A stretch of DNA of 64,000 nt from Eledone cirrhosa. Its lineage: Eukaryota. The notes below the pieces were generated by a model. The model did not search any database. It saw only the letters and a program-made list of their open reading frames with translations, and was not told the DNA's origin. This document shows positions 1-19,336 of the stretch, piece after piece. The translations under genes were made by a program, and so were the position numbers. Where the stretch lies: contig OZ024740.1 in assembly GCA_964016885.1 (NCBI GenBank), positions 30,690,001 to 30,754,000 on the forward strand, written 5' to 3'. The stretch's first letter is position 1, and every line of letters begins with the position of its first letter.

Positions 1-87
1 GGAGCATGCGAGAATGAAGAGGATATACAGGCAAGAAAGGAATATACAGGCTACTATATGAAGTAGTATATATATATATATATATAT

Positions 88-288
88 ATAACGAAGGAAT
101 TGTGGTAAGGAACCAGATGGACCATAACGCACCAGAGTACTCAATACTTAGGGTAGTAGAGTGGTAAATAGGAAAAGGTATGACCCCGACGGCAGAGTTC
201 AAGCCGTTTCGACGGCTATTTCTGGACTATTTAGTCCAGAAATAGCTGTCGAATGGCTTGAGCTCTGCCTTCGGGGGTCATACCTTTT

Positions 289-292
<4 letters not shown>
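88..292 (-). mobile_element. Short (TA)n-flanked repeat family F2 with ~60-bp-arm hairpin; carries the 3' half of a hammerhead
   Basis: Hairpin 167-292; family consensus on the minus strand reads GAAA-CGGC..GCCG-TC-GGGGTC; six other copies in window. Confidence 0.7.
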
Positions 293-370
<78 letters not shown>

Positions 371-636
371 TATATATATGTAAACAAGAACTAAGGGTTT
401 GTGAGCTGTATCACGCTTGGAAAACCCGGCGGTAGTTTATCGTGTCGGTAAAGGGATTGTCTGGTTCTGGACGGTATGTGTAAGACATTTTTAGACGTAC
501 AGACGCGCACATACATGTATATATATATATACATACCCCAAACTCAGGAGCACGCGCACGCATATAAGTGTGTACACACTCACACATAGATCACACATAT
601 ATATAAACCCACCCACTTTCATATATACACATGTAC

Positions 637-688
<52 letters not shown>

Positions 689-900
689 TATAGTTAGAGA
701 AGCAAAAATTGTCTGGGTTTTCTCTTTTATACTTTATACTCCAAGATTGAATGGAATTCTTACAAACTTGTGGAGTTACCCATAACCGTACGTTCAAACC
801 ATCCATAAAACTGGCTTCGTTCAAACCATCCATAAAACTTTGCTTCGCTAACTACAGGCTCCTTATCGGTCGAGCAACCACCTAAACATACGGTACTGCT

Positions 901-3257
901 ATGGAAAAGTACTACATAGGTATGTCCCTAAAGAACATTCCTATACCTCGGAGAAAGGATTATACCCTCGGGATGATACAGCGAACAAACGACTTTATAC
1001 GCAGGGTTAGATGGAAAACTTTCCATTTCGACAAAGGACGTAATGGTCGCACCGTGGAATACAACAAGGAAACATACGGCTTCAAATCGTGTAAGAACCC
1101 ACCTACCAACCCTCAACTGGATACCTTTGAACAGGACTTACTGAAGATTATTATGAATATCAAATTCAAAAAGCGGAGGAATAATAAACTCCAGAATGAC
1201 ATAAATACATTCCTAAAAAACTGCGAACAAACCAATGGAATTATTGTCTTAGCGGACAAAACATCAAATGTGTATACGATGGATGTTAATACATAAAATA
1301 GCTTCATACGGAAGGAATTACATAGGAAATACAAAAACACTAATGAGGCGGCACTGATAAACATCAACAACGAGGCACACAATATATTCAAACACCTAGA
1401 AATAGACGACAGAACGGAGCCACTTAGGCCATGTACCCCCACATTTAACCTCAAGGACCACAAGGTAAATTTTGATTATAACCCCACAATTAGACTTATA
1501 TGCCCGTCCAAATCGGACATCGGGAAAATTATAAACATATATTAGACAGAGTGATAGCACAAATGAAGAATAAACTAGTGATTAAACTATGGGGTAACGC
1601 TACCGAAACAATTAAGTGGTTTAACAATATAGCTAACAAAGAAGTATCCAAATTTATACAATTTGACATTAACGATTATTACTCATCTATATCCCCCAAC
1701 ACCTTGGATAAAGCCTTAGCATTCGCCAAAGCCAATTCTGATATAACAGACAACGAGATAAAAATCATATTAGCTGCTAGGAAAACAATAAATAAATTTG
1801 AAAACGCCTATTGGGAACGTAAGGATAGATTAAATAACTTTGGCATCACGATGGGGGCTAACGACTCGGCTCAAGTCACAGATTTAGTAGGTATTTACAT
1901 AGCCCATAGTTTACAAAGTTAGTTTAGCGACCTTCACGGTGGAATCTACAGAGACGACGCCCTTCTCCTAGTTAAGAACCTAAATAACCAGAGCATAGAA
2001 AGACTCCGTAAGAATATTAGAAAGACTCTCGGGAAACTAGGCCTTAGCATAACGTATGAGTATAGCACTAAAACAGTTAACTTTCTAGACGCAACGCTTA
2101 ACCTAAATACGGGACTTATAAGACCTTTTCACAAGATTAATGAAAACTTAGCATACATCAACTGTAACTCAAACCACCCACTATCCATAATTAAATCCAT
2201 TCCACGCAGCATATCCCTTAGGATCTCCCGCCTCTCGTCTAACCGACAAATCTTCGAAAAACATGCAGAATACTACAATACCGCATTAGACAAGGCAGGC
2301 CACTTAGATAGAGTAGAATATATAGATGAAAGCCTCCGTGAAGCGCACACGAACACGCATAACACAAACTCCGGTAACACACGCACACACGCACTTACGC
2401 ATAGAACTGCGAAGTATACGGCAAATAGAAATACAACATCGAAATCAAACAAGTCACGCAGTAGAAAATATATTTGGTATAACCCCATATTTAACACCTC
2501 TATTAGTACTAACCTACCCTCTACCTTCTTTAGAATAATAAATAAGCACTTTCCAGATTCACATAGATACAGCAAAATCCTTAACACTAAATCTATTAGA
2601 CTATCTTATTCCACGGCACCAAATATAGAGGCACACATTAAAATGTTTAACGCTAAAAAGATACATAACAACACCAGAACACAAATTTACAACAAAAACA
2701 ATACAATCACCACCGAACACAACAGAATATCTAATACACAACCACCCGCTAATAGACAAACAAAATGTAACACACTTGTACAGGCATCGCAGCCCACCAA
2801 TAATGCCAAAGTTGCCCATGACAAGAATTGTAACTGCCACCTACCTGAAACCTGTCCATTACATAATGAATGTATGCAGTCTAACCTGGTTTACCAATGC
2901 ACAGTGGAATCAGACAACCAGAAATGGTATTACATCGGAGCGACTGGGAATAGATTTAAAGCCCGTTGGTATACACACCGTTACGCATTGAAACATTCCC
3001 AGCATCGTTATGTAACTACCCTTGCAAACAAGACCTGGCAACTGAGAGAAAGTAACCATCAATGCACCCTGAAGTGGAAAAAATTATCGAACGCGCCCCC
3101 ATATCGGAGTGGTATGAGCAGCTGTCGATGATGCGACCTTGAGCTGTTCCACATCTTGAGTTCGAAGAATAAGTTACTCAACAATAAAATCGAAAGATCA
3201 ATTTATTGTAACCATAGACTCAAAGAGAAGTTTTCGCACTACAAATCGAACCCTTAA
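901..3257 (+). pseudogene. Penelope-like element A, full-length RT + GIY-YIG ORF, disrupted (stops at 1294, 1920, 3129; frameshift near 1530)
   Basis: ADKT, FIQFDINDYYSSI, ITMGA, GGIYRDD (~1938-1958), VNFLD, SNHP, WYNP, CNCHLPETCPL linker, LVY...YIG, RFKARWYTH, LLN. Confidence 0.93.
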
Positions 3258-3489
3258 CCTCTTACTACCAACTGACAAACTGCATATACTTAGACTTTAT
3301 ACCCTCTTGTTGTATCTAAACCCTTTTAATTACCCACTAAACCAATACATATATCCCCCTCTCCTCCCTCATTCCTCTTCTATTTCTTCGTTTTCTTCCT
3401 TCCTTCCCTCCCCTTCTTGGCTATCTTTTCTTTTCTTCTTTCTCACCCCCTTCTTTGCTTTTATTTTTGTCATTATTATCTTTATCTTT

Positions 3490-3547
<58 letters not shown>

Positions 3548-3600
3548 TAAACAAATAATGAATAAACAATGAGACAGTTCCTTATATTAAACAAAAAAAG

Positions 3601-3754
3601 TTCATTATTTAACGATCGTTTCTAGGATATATATGTGTTAGAATTGGCATGCATATTCAACAGATCTATGTACAAAATTATACAAAATTATACAAACTAT
3701 CAAGATTAAATATACATACCAACACATATATACGCCGTCTTCAGAAATAATGAA
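3601..3754 (-). ncRNA. Mirror copy of the long-stem-II hammerhead
   Basis: Reverse complement of 14872-15025. Confidence 0.75.
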
Positions 3755-4402
3755 GTATATTTATTGATAATAACAACAATTCAAAATTTCAGGTCCGTTT
3801 GGGAACAAAATTGACCAATGAAAACACAAAAGGTTAAAAGCAGTTCGGTGTGTGTATATACATGTAAAACCCTTACACATATTTTACAAAAATGTATGCA
3901 TAATTTGTATACGCATACTAAAAGGATGGATGCAAATACAAAATTTCAAGGTTAATGTCTCTGTAAGTTTATAATGCACAGATAAGATGCGTATAGACAC
4001 ACAAATATGAAATAAGTATATAAATATATTTTTTCATACTCACACATATCCGTACAATCACACATACACGCGCGTATATGCATAAATATACACATAACCA
4101 CGAACATACAAACACACACACACCCCCACTCACATTTATATATGTGGATATAAAATCATAAGCACATGGATATTAATTCACTCACGTAAACACTGGCACA
4201 CACGTTTAGATCAAGATACAGAAATTAGGTGGGAGGGGGGGGAAGAGGTCAGTATTCAACGGTCTGGGCAGACTGCTTAATATAGATGTATCTATAAACT
4301 AAGAAAATAAAAAATAATAAATAATAAATAAACATTAAAGAGGAAAGAATAGAAAAAGAAAAAAGAAACAAGAAATATATCAAGAAAATATATATATATA
4401 TA

Positions 4403-4673
4403 AATATAGACATAGAATATTCGAAAATATTCTGTATGTTTATAATAAACATTTTGAAGACCTAATCGCTATAGAATAGAATACGTCACGTATTACAATT
4501 AGATTCTCGATAAAAGCAAGGGAAGTAATCTACGCGTTTCATTCTTGTTAGAATTCATCAGGACTACATATCCAGTGCTTTTATCGAGAATGACACAGCT
4601 AGAGACTTATAGAATACTTAGCTGTGTACAGGAACTGGTTTGAAAGAGCGGTTGCCGGTCCGGCAGAAATTAG
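4403..4673 (-). mobile_element. ~270-bp non-coding hammerhead-carrying element (retrozyme-like family F1) in (TA)n, present in left arm only
   Basis: Absent from mirror position ~14135-14237, which is essentially (TA)n; homologous to 37428-37790 and 43615-43910. Confidence 0.8.
4525..4567 (-). ncRNA. Minimal type I hammerhead ribozyme
   Basis: GTAGTC-CTGATGA-ATTCT aaca AGAAT-GAAA-CGCG-TA-GATTAC; enclosed by a 15-bp inverted repeat (4504-4518/4576-4590). Confidence 0.9.
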
Positions 4674-4726
<53 letters not shown>

Positions 4727-4878
4727 TACATACACACACACACACACATACATATATATACACATATACAAACACATACATACATATACACACATCCACA
4801 CTAAGAACATACATACACACACATATATAAACATATACATATACACACATACATACATATACACACACACATATAAAT

Positions 4879-4957
<79 letters not shown>

Positions 4958-5246
4958 CATACACACATACATACACATATAATCACACATACTATATAGA
5001 CACACATATATATACACACACATACACGCACATATACAACACTTACATACTTATATACATACAGATATACACGTACATAGCTATATATACACACAAATAT
5101 ATACAGACATACATACATACATACAGACAAATACTTACGCATCTATATATCGGTATATACATACAAACACCACTACACTATCACACAACTTAGACACACA
5201 AAGAGAAAGGTATATACCTATACACACATACATATACAAATAGAAA

Positions 5247-5308
<62 letters not shown>

Positions 5309-5559
5309 TATATATATATATATACACATACATATATACATACATATACACATACACACACATACACATACATACACATACATACATGTACACACACATA
5401 GAAATATATACGCATACACACATACACACATACATATAAAGTCATACACACACATACACCTACACGAACATACACATACACATATATAAAGATATATATA
5501 TACACACACACACACACACATACACACACACACATATATATAAAAAATAAATAATAAAG

Positions 5560-5608
<49 letters not shown>

Positions 5609-5955
5609 TATATACATACATACACATACATACACACATACATAGACATACATGTACATACATACACATACATAGATACATACACACACATACATACATA
5701 TATATATACACACATAGACATATACATACATACACACACAACTTACATACACACATATATATTCATACATAGAATTAGATATATAATCATACATACATAT
5801 GCACTTACATATACTCATATATACAAATACATACGCATCCATATATGCGTATATACATAGAAACACCACTACAACCTCACCCAACTCAGACATACAAATA
5901 AAAATAAAAAGGCATATGCATATACATATATACACGCATTAATAGAGATATATAT

Positions 5956-6053
<98 letters not shown>

Positions 6054-6296
6054 ATTCATATATATATATACATACCCACACACACATACCACCATAAATA
6101 CACATATAAACACCCACATATACATATATATACACACATATATATATATATATACACACACATAAAAAACAGACATGCACATATATATTTTTTTACACAT
6201 ATATATACACATATTATATACATATACACACTCTCACATATACACACATACACATAAGTTATATTATAATAATAAATAATATATATATATATATAT

Positions 6297-6345
<49 letters not shown>

Positions 6346-6389
6346 CATACACACATACGAATATAGACATATATACACACATAGACACC

Positions 6390-6423
<34 letters not shown>

Positions 6424-6622
6424 TACATATACACAGACACATATACACACTCACATATATATGTGTGTGCACACACACATATATACACATACACACATAT
6501 ACACATAAACACATATATGTGTATACATGCACACACACACATATATCCAAATAGATACGAAGATAGACATATAAATAGAGAGACATACATATATATACAA
6601 CCACACATACACACACATACAT

Positions 6623-6723
<101 letters not shown>

Positions 6724-8047
6724 CACATACACACATATACATACACACACACATACACATGCATATATACACATATACACATACATACACACACACATAT
6801 ATACACACACAATCTTACATTCATATTTGCGTGCGCATATATGTATTTTTATATTCAGATATAAATACCCAAACATATATACACACCTACCTACATATAT
6901 ATTCATACATACACGCTTACAAACACAGATGATAATAGTATGGGGGAAGGGGTGGGGGGGGTTGGAGAAGGGGATTATAGTAAATATATGTTTCAAGAAA
7001 CATAGAATATTATCCGTATCTGGATCCAATGTATGTTTTTACATAGTTTCAGTGTTAGGAAATACAATAAACAAGAAATAAGGCAAAATCTATGCATCTC
7101 AAAATAAACAAGTATACCATTAATTATATGTTAACTAAGCTAAAGATAGTTAACATATTGATTTCTAAGGTGTAAATTAGTTAGGTTTATAATATTTGAA
7201 GCAGAATTTTGAAGTTAAATAGTAGTAGAGTATTAATTATAGTATAACTAAATTAAAGTTAATAACGTTATGGTATCAATATTAGGAAATGAATTTAGTA
7301 ATAGGGAAAAAACAAATAAAGTATTACATCGGTAGTAGAATATAAATTATAGGTTAACTAAATTAAAAATTATATATTTATTTCTATAGTATATGTTAAT
7401 TAGGTATATAATAAATAAAACAGATATTGTATTTTATCAATAGCAGAATATAATTATATGCAAATAGAAATCAAAATTAATACATATACATATACATATA
7501 CATACACATACATATATACATATATATACATATACATATACACATACATACACACACACATACACATACACATATACATATACATATTTTTTTCAAAAAA
7601 TTGCATAGAATATATTAACTAGGTATATATCCAAAACACATCCCATTCTATGATTACATGACATTCTGCAATTCGTCTGTATAAGGATACTAATTTTAAG
7701 CAAATTAAATTAAATTTTTAGGTTGATTAAAATTAAAACCAAATTATAAATATATTTCTAAAATGTATATTAATTAGGTCTATAATACTAAAAATTATTT
7801 CTCTGTCATTGGATACACGATATTATTTTGTTATATTTTATCTGTAAAAGAATTATAATAAAAGGTTTAAATAAATTAAAATTAATCTATAAATTAAATT
7901 ACTAAGTATATATTAGTAATATTTAAAGGTTTTTCACAATTTATGATTACATAATATTTTATATTCTCATCTGTAATAAAATTTTAATTAAATTAAATTT
8001 ATAGGTTAACCAACATTTAAATTAAATTAATTTCTAAAATAATGTTA

Positions 8048-9510
8048 TTAATTAGGTTTATAATATTTAAATGTTTTTTTTAGTTTATGATTACACGATA
8101 TAATTAATTCCTGTCGTTTATTTAATAAGATATCCTTAGATTTCATTATTTCAAATAGTTCTTGGGAACATAATCTACATTCATTTCTATTATTTTGATA
8201 AGGGGTGGCTCTTTTGAGCACACTCCAGGTCAAATCATATTCTATATTCTTATTTTTATAACTATTGATTTTTTCTGCTAGAGATGTTGTATTAGCCAGT
8301 GCGGCATTTTTAAAACTATGCTTGTGGGTATTAAACCTTGTCTTAAAATTGTTAGAGGTAGCTCCTATATATGAGCAAATAGAATCTTTAGTTTTAACAT
8401 TACATTTATAGACTATGTTGTTAACAAGACAATTCCCTTTTAATGGGCAGTTTGCTTTGTTTCTACAGTTACATCCTTTCGTTAATTCTGTATTTGAGGA
8501 GATATTATGGTTAATTTGATGTACTGGTGGTATACTTATGGTTTTCTTACATTTATATGCATTATAGGCACTTATATTTTGTTTTATGTTATTTGTTGTA
8601 GAGTATGAGAATTTAACTGTAGACCTATTTAAGATTTGATGGTATTTGTGGTTTGGCGGGAAGTTTTTCTCTAGGATATAAAAAAATTTTTTAGCAATAT
8701 TATCCTTAACTTGTAAATTAAATGGAGCATTATACCAAGTAACCCGTCTATTACGGTTTCTATGTTGTTTATTATTTTTATTATTTTTATAGGTTGTATC
8801 GTGATTTTTACTAGGAGGATTAATGTTAATGATCTCACCACAACCATTTTTAGTTATATTTGTAGATTTAGGTGTTTTATCCTTTTTATTAGGAGTTTTA
8901 TTATTAATATTTATTAGAGTTGTATGATGAGTAGTTTTTTGAGAGTTACTATACTTTATATTAGAAGATTTGGTATTTTGGGGTATAGTGTGGGTGGCAT
9001 TTAGGTGTGTACTTTTCATTTGGTGTTTGTTGGTAATATTAGGTTGTATGCTTTCAGTATTTTTAGTAGAAGGTATATATTCTAATCTATTTTTGTGGCC
9101 ACTTCTATCTAGAGCTTCGTTATAGAAGGTCGCATTTTTATCAAATACATCTTGGTTAGAAGAAAGGTTAGAAATTCTAAATGATATATTATATGCAAGG
9201 TTTTTAAGGATAGATTTAGGGTGATTAGATTGTGAGTGTATGTAATGTAAGTTTTGGTTAGGTTTATGGTAAGGTTGGTAGATACCCGTAGCTAAATCTA
9301 AAGTTATATCTAGGAAATTTACTACTTTACTTGTTTTTTCAAAAGTAATATTAAGATTATAATAGTCTTTAAGGAAAGTTCTAATATGTTTTTTGTTTTT
9401 TTTCAATTTCTGAAAGGCTAAGGTTGTTAGAAAGAAGAAGACAGTCATCACGATATAAACCACCTTTGAGGTGGGGAAAAGAGGCATTTATGTTGAAAAG
9501 GAGAAATAAA
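8048..9510 (-). mobile_element. Penelope-like element B ORF, 5'-truncated just upstream of YRDD (RT C-half, thumb, linker, GIY-YIG)
   Basis: Spacer reads LFLLFNINASFPHLKGGLYRDDCLLL on the minus strand (YRDD 9444-9455). After an A-run frameshift the frame is open: VNFLDITLDL, SNHP, WYNAPF, CNCRNKANCPL, IVY..YIG, CRLC..E, LLN. Confidence 0.93.
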
Positions 9511-10830
9511 GACTATTATAATCTTAATATTACTTTTGAAAAAACAAGTAAAGTAGTAAATTTCCTAGATATAACTTTAGATTTAGCTACGGGTATCTAC
9601 CAACCTTACCATAAACCTAACCAAAACTTACATTACATACACTCACAATCTAATCACCCTAAATCTATCCTTAAAAACCTTGCATATAATATATCATTTA
9701 GAATTTCTAACCTTTCTTCTAACCAAGATGTATTTGATAAAAATGCGACCTTCTATAACGAAGCTCTAGATAGAAGTGGCCACAAAAATAGATTAGAATA
9801 TATACCTTCTACTAAAAATACTGAAAGCATACAACCTAATATTACCAACAAACACCAAATGAAAAGTACACACCTAAATGCCACCCACACTATACCCCAA
9901 AATACCAAATCTTCTAATATAAAGTATAGTAACTCTCAAAAAACTACTCATCATACAACTCTAATAAATATTAATAATAAAACTCCTAATAAAAAGGATA
10001 AAACACCTAAATCTACAAATATAACTAAAAATGGTTGTGGTGAGATCATTAACATTAATCCTCCTAGTAAAAATCACGATACAACCTATAAAAATAATAA
10101 AAATAATAAACAACATAGAAACCGTAATAGACGGGTTACTTGGTATAATGCTCCATTTAATTTACAAGTTAAGGATAATATTGCTAAAAAATTTTTTTAT
10201 ATCCTAGAGAAAAACTTCCCGCCAAACCACAAATACCATCAAATCTTAAATAGGTCTACAGTTAAATTCTCATACTCTACAACAAATAACATAAAACAAA
10301 ATATAAGTGCCTATAATGCATATAAATGTAAGAAAACCATAAGTATACCACCAGTACATCAAATTAACCATAATATCTCCTCAAATACAGAATTAACGAA
10401 AGGATGTAACTGTAGAAACAAAGCAAACTGCCCATTAAAAGGGAATTGTCTTGTTAACAACATAGTCTATAAATGTAATGTTAAAACTAAAGATTCTATT
10501 TGCTCATATATAGGAGCTACCTCTAACAATTTTAAGACAAGGTTTAATACCCACAAGCATAGTTTTAAAAATGCCGCACTGGCTAATACAACATCTCTAG
10601 CAGAAAAAATCAATAGTTATAAAAATAAGAATATAGAATATGATTTGACCTGGAGTGTGCTCAAAAGAGCCACCCCTTATCAAAATAATAGAAATGAATG
10701 TAGATTATGTTCCCAAGAACTATTTGAAATAATGAAATCTAAGGATATCTTATTAAATAAACGACAGGAATTAATTATATCGTGTAATCATAAACTAAAA
10801 AAAACATTTAAATATTATAAACCTAATTAA
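9507..10830 (+). mobile_element. Penelope-like element B ORF, fold-back mirror copy (starts downstream of YRDD)
   Basis: Identical protein from KDYYNL to YYKPN*; the N-terminal residues of the 468-aa ORF are antisense spacer read-through. Confidence 0.93.
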
Positions 10831-15148
<4,318 letters not shown>

Positions 15149-15380
15149 AAAGATAAAGATAATAATGACAAAAATAAAAGCAAAGAAGGGGGTGAGAAAG
15201 AAGAAAAGAAAAGATAGCCAAGAAGGGGAGGGAAGGAAGGAAGAAAACGAAGAAATAGAAGAGGAATGAGGGAGGAGAGGGGGATATATGTATTGGTTTA
15301 GTGGGTAATTAAAAGGGTTTAGATACAACAAGAGGGTATAAAGTCTAAGTATATGCAGTTTGTCAGTTGGTAGTAAGAGG

Positions 15381-17737
15381 TTAAGGGTTCGATTTGTAGT
15401 GCGAAAACTTCTCTTTGAGTCTATGGTTACAATAAATTGATCTTTCGATTTTATTGTTGAGTAACTTATTCTTCGAACTCAAGATGTGGAACAGCTCAAG
15501 GTCGCATCATCGACAGCTGCTCATACCACTCCGATATGGGGGCGCGTTCGATAATTTTTTCCACTTCAGGGTGCATTGATGGTTACTTTCTCTCAGTTGC
15601 CAGGTCTTGTTTGCAAGGGTAGTTACATAACGATGCTGGGAATGTTTCAATGCGTAACGGTGTGTATACCAACGGGCTTTAAATCTATTCCCAGTCGCTC
15701 CGATGTAATACCATTTCTGGTTGTCTGATTCCACTGTGCATTGGTAAACCAGGTTAGACTGCATACATTCATTATGTAATGGACAGGTTTCAGGTAGGTG
15801 GCAGTTACAATTCTTGTCATGGGCAACTTTGGCATTATTGGTGGGCTGCGATGCCTGTACAAGTGTGTTACATTTTGTTTGTCTATTAGCGGGTGGTTGT
15901 GTATTAGATATTCTGTTGTGTTCGGTGGTGATTGTATTGTTTTTGTTGTAAATTTGTGTTCTGGTGTTGTTATGTATCTTTTTAGCGTTAAACATTTTAA
16001 TGTGTGCCTCTATATTTGGTGCCGTGGAATAAGATAGTCTAATAGATTTAGTGTTAAGGATTTTGCTGTATCTATGTGAATCTGGAAAGTGCTTATTTAT
16101 TATTCTAAAGAAGGTAGAGGGTAGGTTAGTACTAATAGAGGTGTTAAATATGGGGTTATACCAAATATATTTTCTACTGCGTGACTTGTTTGATTTCGAT
16201 GTTGTATTTCTATTTGCCGTATACTTCGCAGTTCTATGCGTAAGTGCGTGTGTGCGTGTGTTACCGGAGTTTGTGTTATGCGTGTTCGTGTGCGCTTCAC
16301 GGAGGCTTTCATCTATATATTCTACTCTATCTAAGTGGCCTGCCTTGTCTAATGCGGTATTGTAGTATTCTGCATGTTTTTCGAAGATTTGTCGGTTAGA
16401 CGAGAGGCGGGAGATCCTAAGGGATATGCTGCGTGGAATGGATTTAATTATGGATAGTGGGTGGTTTGAGTTACAGTTGATGTATGCTAAGTTTTCATTA
16501 ATCTTGTGAAAAGGTCTTATAAGTCCCGTATTTAGGTTAAGCGTTGCGTCTAGAAAGTTAACTGTTTTAGTGCTATACTCATACGTTATGCTAAGGCCTA
16601 GTTTCCCGAGAGTCTTTCTAATATTCTTACGGAGTCTTTCTATGCTCTGGTTATTTAGGTTCTTAACTAGGAGAAGGGCGTCGTCTCTGTAGATTCCACC
16701 GTGAAGGTCGCTAAACTAACTTTGTAAACTATGGGCTATGTAAATACCTACTAAATCTGTGACTTGAGCCGAGTCGTTAGCCCCCATCGTGATGCCAAAG
16801 TTATTTAATCTATCCTTACGTTCCCAATAGGCGTTTTCAAATTTATTTATTGTTTTCCTAGCAGCTAATATGATTTTTATCTCGTTGTCTGTTATGTCAG
16901 AATTGGCTTTGGCGAATGCTAAGGCTTTATCCAAGGTGTTGGGGGATATAGATGAGTAATAATCGTTAATGTCAAATTGTATAAATTTGGATACTTCTTT
17001 GTTAGCTATATTGTTAAACCACTTAATTGTTTCGGTAGCGTTACCCCATAGTTTAATCACTAGTTTATTCTTCATTTGTGCTATCACTCTGTCTAATATA
17101 TGTTTATAATTTTCCCGATGTCCGATTTGGACGGGCATATAAGTCTAATTGTGGGGTTATAATCAAAATTTACCTTGTGGTCCTTGAGGTTAAATGTGGG
17201 GGTACATGGCCTAAGTGGCTCCGTTCTGTCGTCTATTTCTAGGTGTTTGAATATATTGTGTGCCTCGTTGTTGATGTTTATCAGTGCCGCCTCATTAGTG
17301 TTTTTGTATTTCCTATGTAATTCCTTCCGTATGAAGCTATTTTATGTATTAACATCCATCGTATACACATTTGATGTTTTGTCCGCTAAGACAATAATTC
17401 CATTGGTTTGTTCGCAGTTTTTTAGGAATGTATTTATGTCATTCTGGAGTTTATTATTCCTCCGCTTTTTGAATTTGATATTCATAATAATCTTCAGTAA
17501 GTCCTGTTCAAAGGTATCCAGTTGAGGGTTGGTAGGTGGGTTCTTACACGATTTGAAGCCGTATGTTTCCTTGTTGTATTCCACGGTGCGACCATTACGT
17601 CCTTTGTCGAAATGGAAAGTTTTCCATCTAACCCTGCATATAAAGTCGTTTGTTCGCTGTATCATCCCGAGGGTATAATCCTTTCTCCGAGGTATAGGAA
17701 TGTTCTTTAGGGACATACCTATGTAGTACTTTTCCAT
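15381..17737 (-). pseudogene. Penelope-like element A, mirror copy with the same disabling lesions
   Basis: Reverse complement of 901-3257; identical ORF fragments except R>C at 1000/17638. Confidence 0.93.
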
Positions 17738-17759
17738 AGCAGTACCGTATGTTTAGGTG

Positions 17760-18049
17760 GTTTGTATAATTTTGTATAATTTTGTACATAGATCTGTTGA
17801 ATATGCATGCCAATTCTAACACATATATATCCTAGAAACGATCGTTAAATAATGAACTTTTTTTGTTTAATATAAGGAACTGTCTCATTGTTTATTCATT
17901 ATTTGTTTAATATTTTATCTTGACTCTGTATACCGTTTATCTTTCACCGAAAGTGATTTTTCATTACATCTCTTCTTTCCATGATATCCGGAATACATTG
18001 AGTTCTTCATACGGATTGGACACTACCGTAAACTCTTGGTAGATTTATC

Positions 18050-18052
<3 letters not shown>
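17760..18052 (+). mobile_element. Partial pLTR of PLE B family (3' half of hammerhead plus downstream sequence) capping the palindrome
   Basis: 17760-17917 is a direct repeat of ~14930-15088; the continuation 17918-18052 is homologous to 26400-26541 (TGACTCTG ... ACATTGAGTTCTTCA). Confidence 0.75.
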
Positions 18053-18092
<40 letters not shown>

Positions 18093-18577
18093 TTATATCT
18101 CCCACCCTCTCTCTCCCTCTCTATCCATCCCTCCCACTATGATCAATTTAATTCTCTTTAACTCAATACATTCCACGACATGAAGTCTGCTATCAAAACT
18201 GACCAAGGAATCCTTCCACCTCTACCCCTCCCTCCATCTCAGTTTGTCACTCTACTTCCTACCTCTTCCCCCTTCCTTTCTCTCTATACTATTCCATTTG
18301 TCCCCTCACCTTCTGATTCCTCTCTCTATATACTAGTAAATACAATTCCAAATAAATGTTTTTCTCTATATATTAAGAATTATTTCAAGAGTAACTTTCT
18401 CACTATTTTGAACATTTGGACTGTGAACAACAATTATAATTGAGTGGCTGCTATTTGCAGTATAGCAATATAAGGTTGCACTTACCAATGAAACGGTCGT
18501 AAATACCTGGATAAAATCCTTCTCTTAATGCTTACCTGTGTTTTCTCTTTTATACTATATATATATATATATATATA

Positions 18578-18640
18578 TAGGAATGAGTAGGACCCCGACG
18601 GCTGAGCTCAAGCTGTTTCGACGGCTAATTCTGGACTAAA
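18578..18640 (-). mobile_element. F2 fragment
   Basis: GACCCCGACGGCTGAGCTCAAGC..CTGGACTA matches 183-230. Confidence 0.65.
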
Positions 18641-19336
18641 TGAACATTTTTATCCTGTTAAATGAATAGCGCCGAACTTCTCAGGAGGTAATTCCTTATA
18701 TGGTAAAAGTGATTGTCACAAGGATTGGTCAAAAGTTTGTTGTTGAGACACATGATTCTATCATGGCATTTTGTGGAAGGTAGGGGTTGCTGAACTTGTC
18801 AGTAGAAGAAAGATGGAGAGGGAGTGGAGGAAACCCAGTCGAGCGTTGAAAGTGACAACTACAGCAGATTCAAAGGATAGGAGGTTGAAAGAAGTATACT
18901 AGAGAAGGGGAGGGGGAGAAAGTCGAAACAATAAGTAAATCTATATGGAGAAAATATATAGAAAAATATTTAAAATATTAAAAATATTTTAAAAAAACAA
19001 TTTCTGGTTACTATTCCCCTTCCACAATCATCAAATCTCTCACTGGTACTGCTAAGCTATAAAAAAAAGTTTAATAGGTGGGACGGAATACTAAATGGCA
19101 GGTCAACAAGTAGGGGGCCAAAATACGAAAAAAAAGAAAAACTAATACGAAAAAATAATTCAGAGTCCCGAAACTAATACGAAATATTAATTCAGAATCC
19201 CGAAACATGAATACTAATACGATATATATGAGTACTGCTACAATACATAAATTCTAATACAAACTACATAAATGCTCGTACAATATATATGAAAAACTAA
19301 TACGAAAAATTAATTCAGAATCCACCCCCCAAAAAT

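Noticed and set aside
3129-3131. In-frame TGA next to cysteines in element A as selenocysteine (Sec-encoding PLEs are known)
   Set aside because: Aligns to Leu in CRLC/CDLC of B and D (TTA>TGA), and the ORF also has TAA/TAG stops and a frameshift
9424-10830. 468-aa ORF as a novel stand-alone GIY-YIG gene
   Set aside because: Its N-terminus is antisense RT spacer with a TTG start, fused by the fold-back; no evidence of expression
18439-18510. Possible hammerhead (GAAA-CGGTCG-TA)
   Set aside because: No recognisable CUGANGA/UUGANAA or stem I partner upstream
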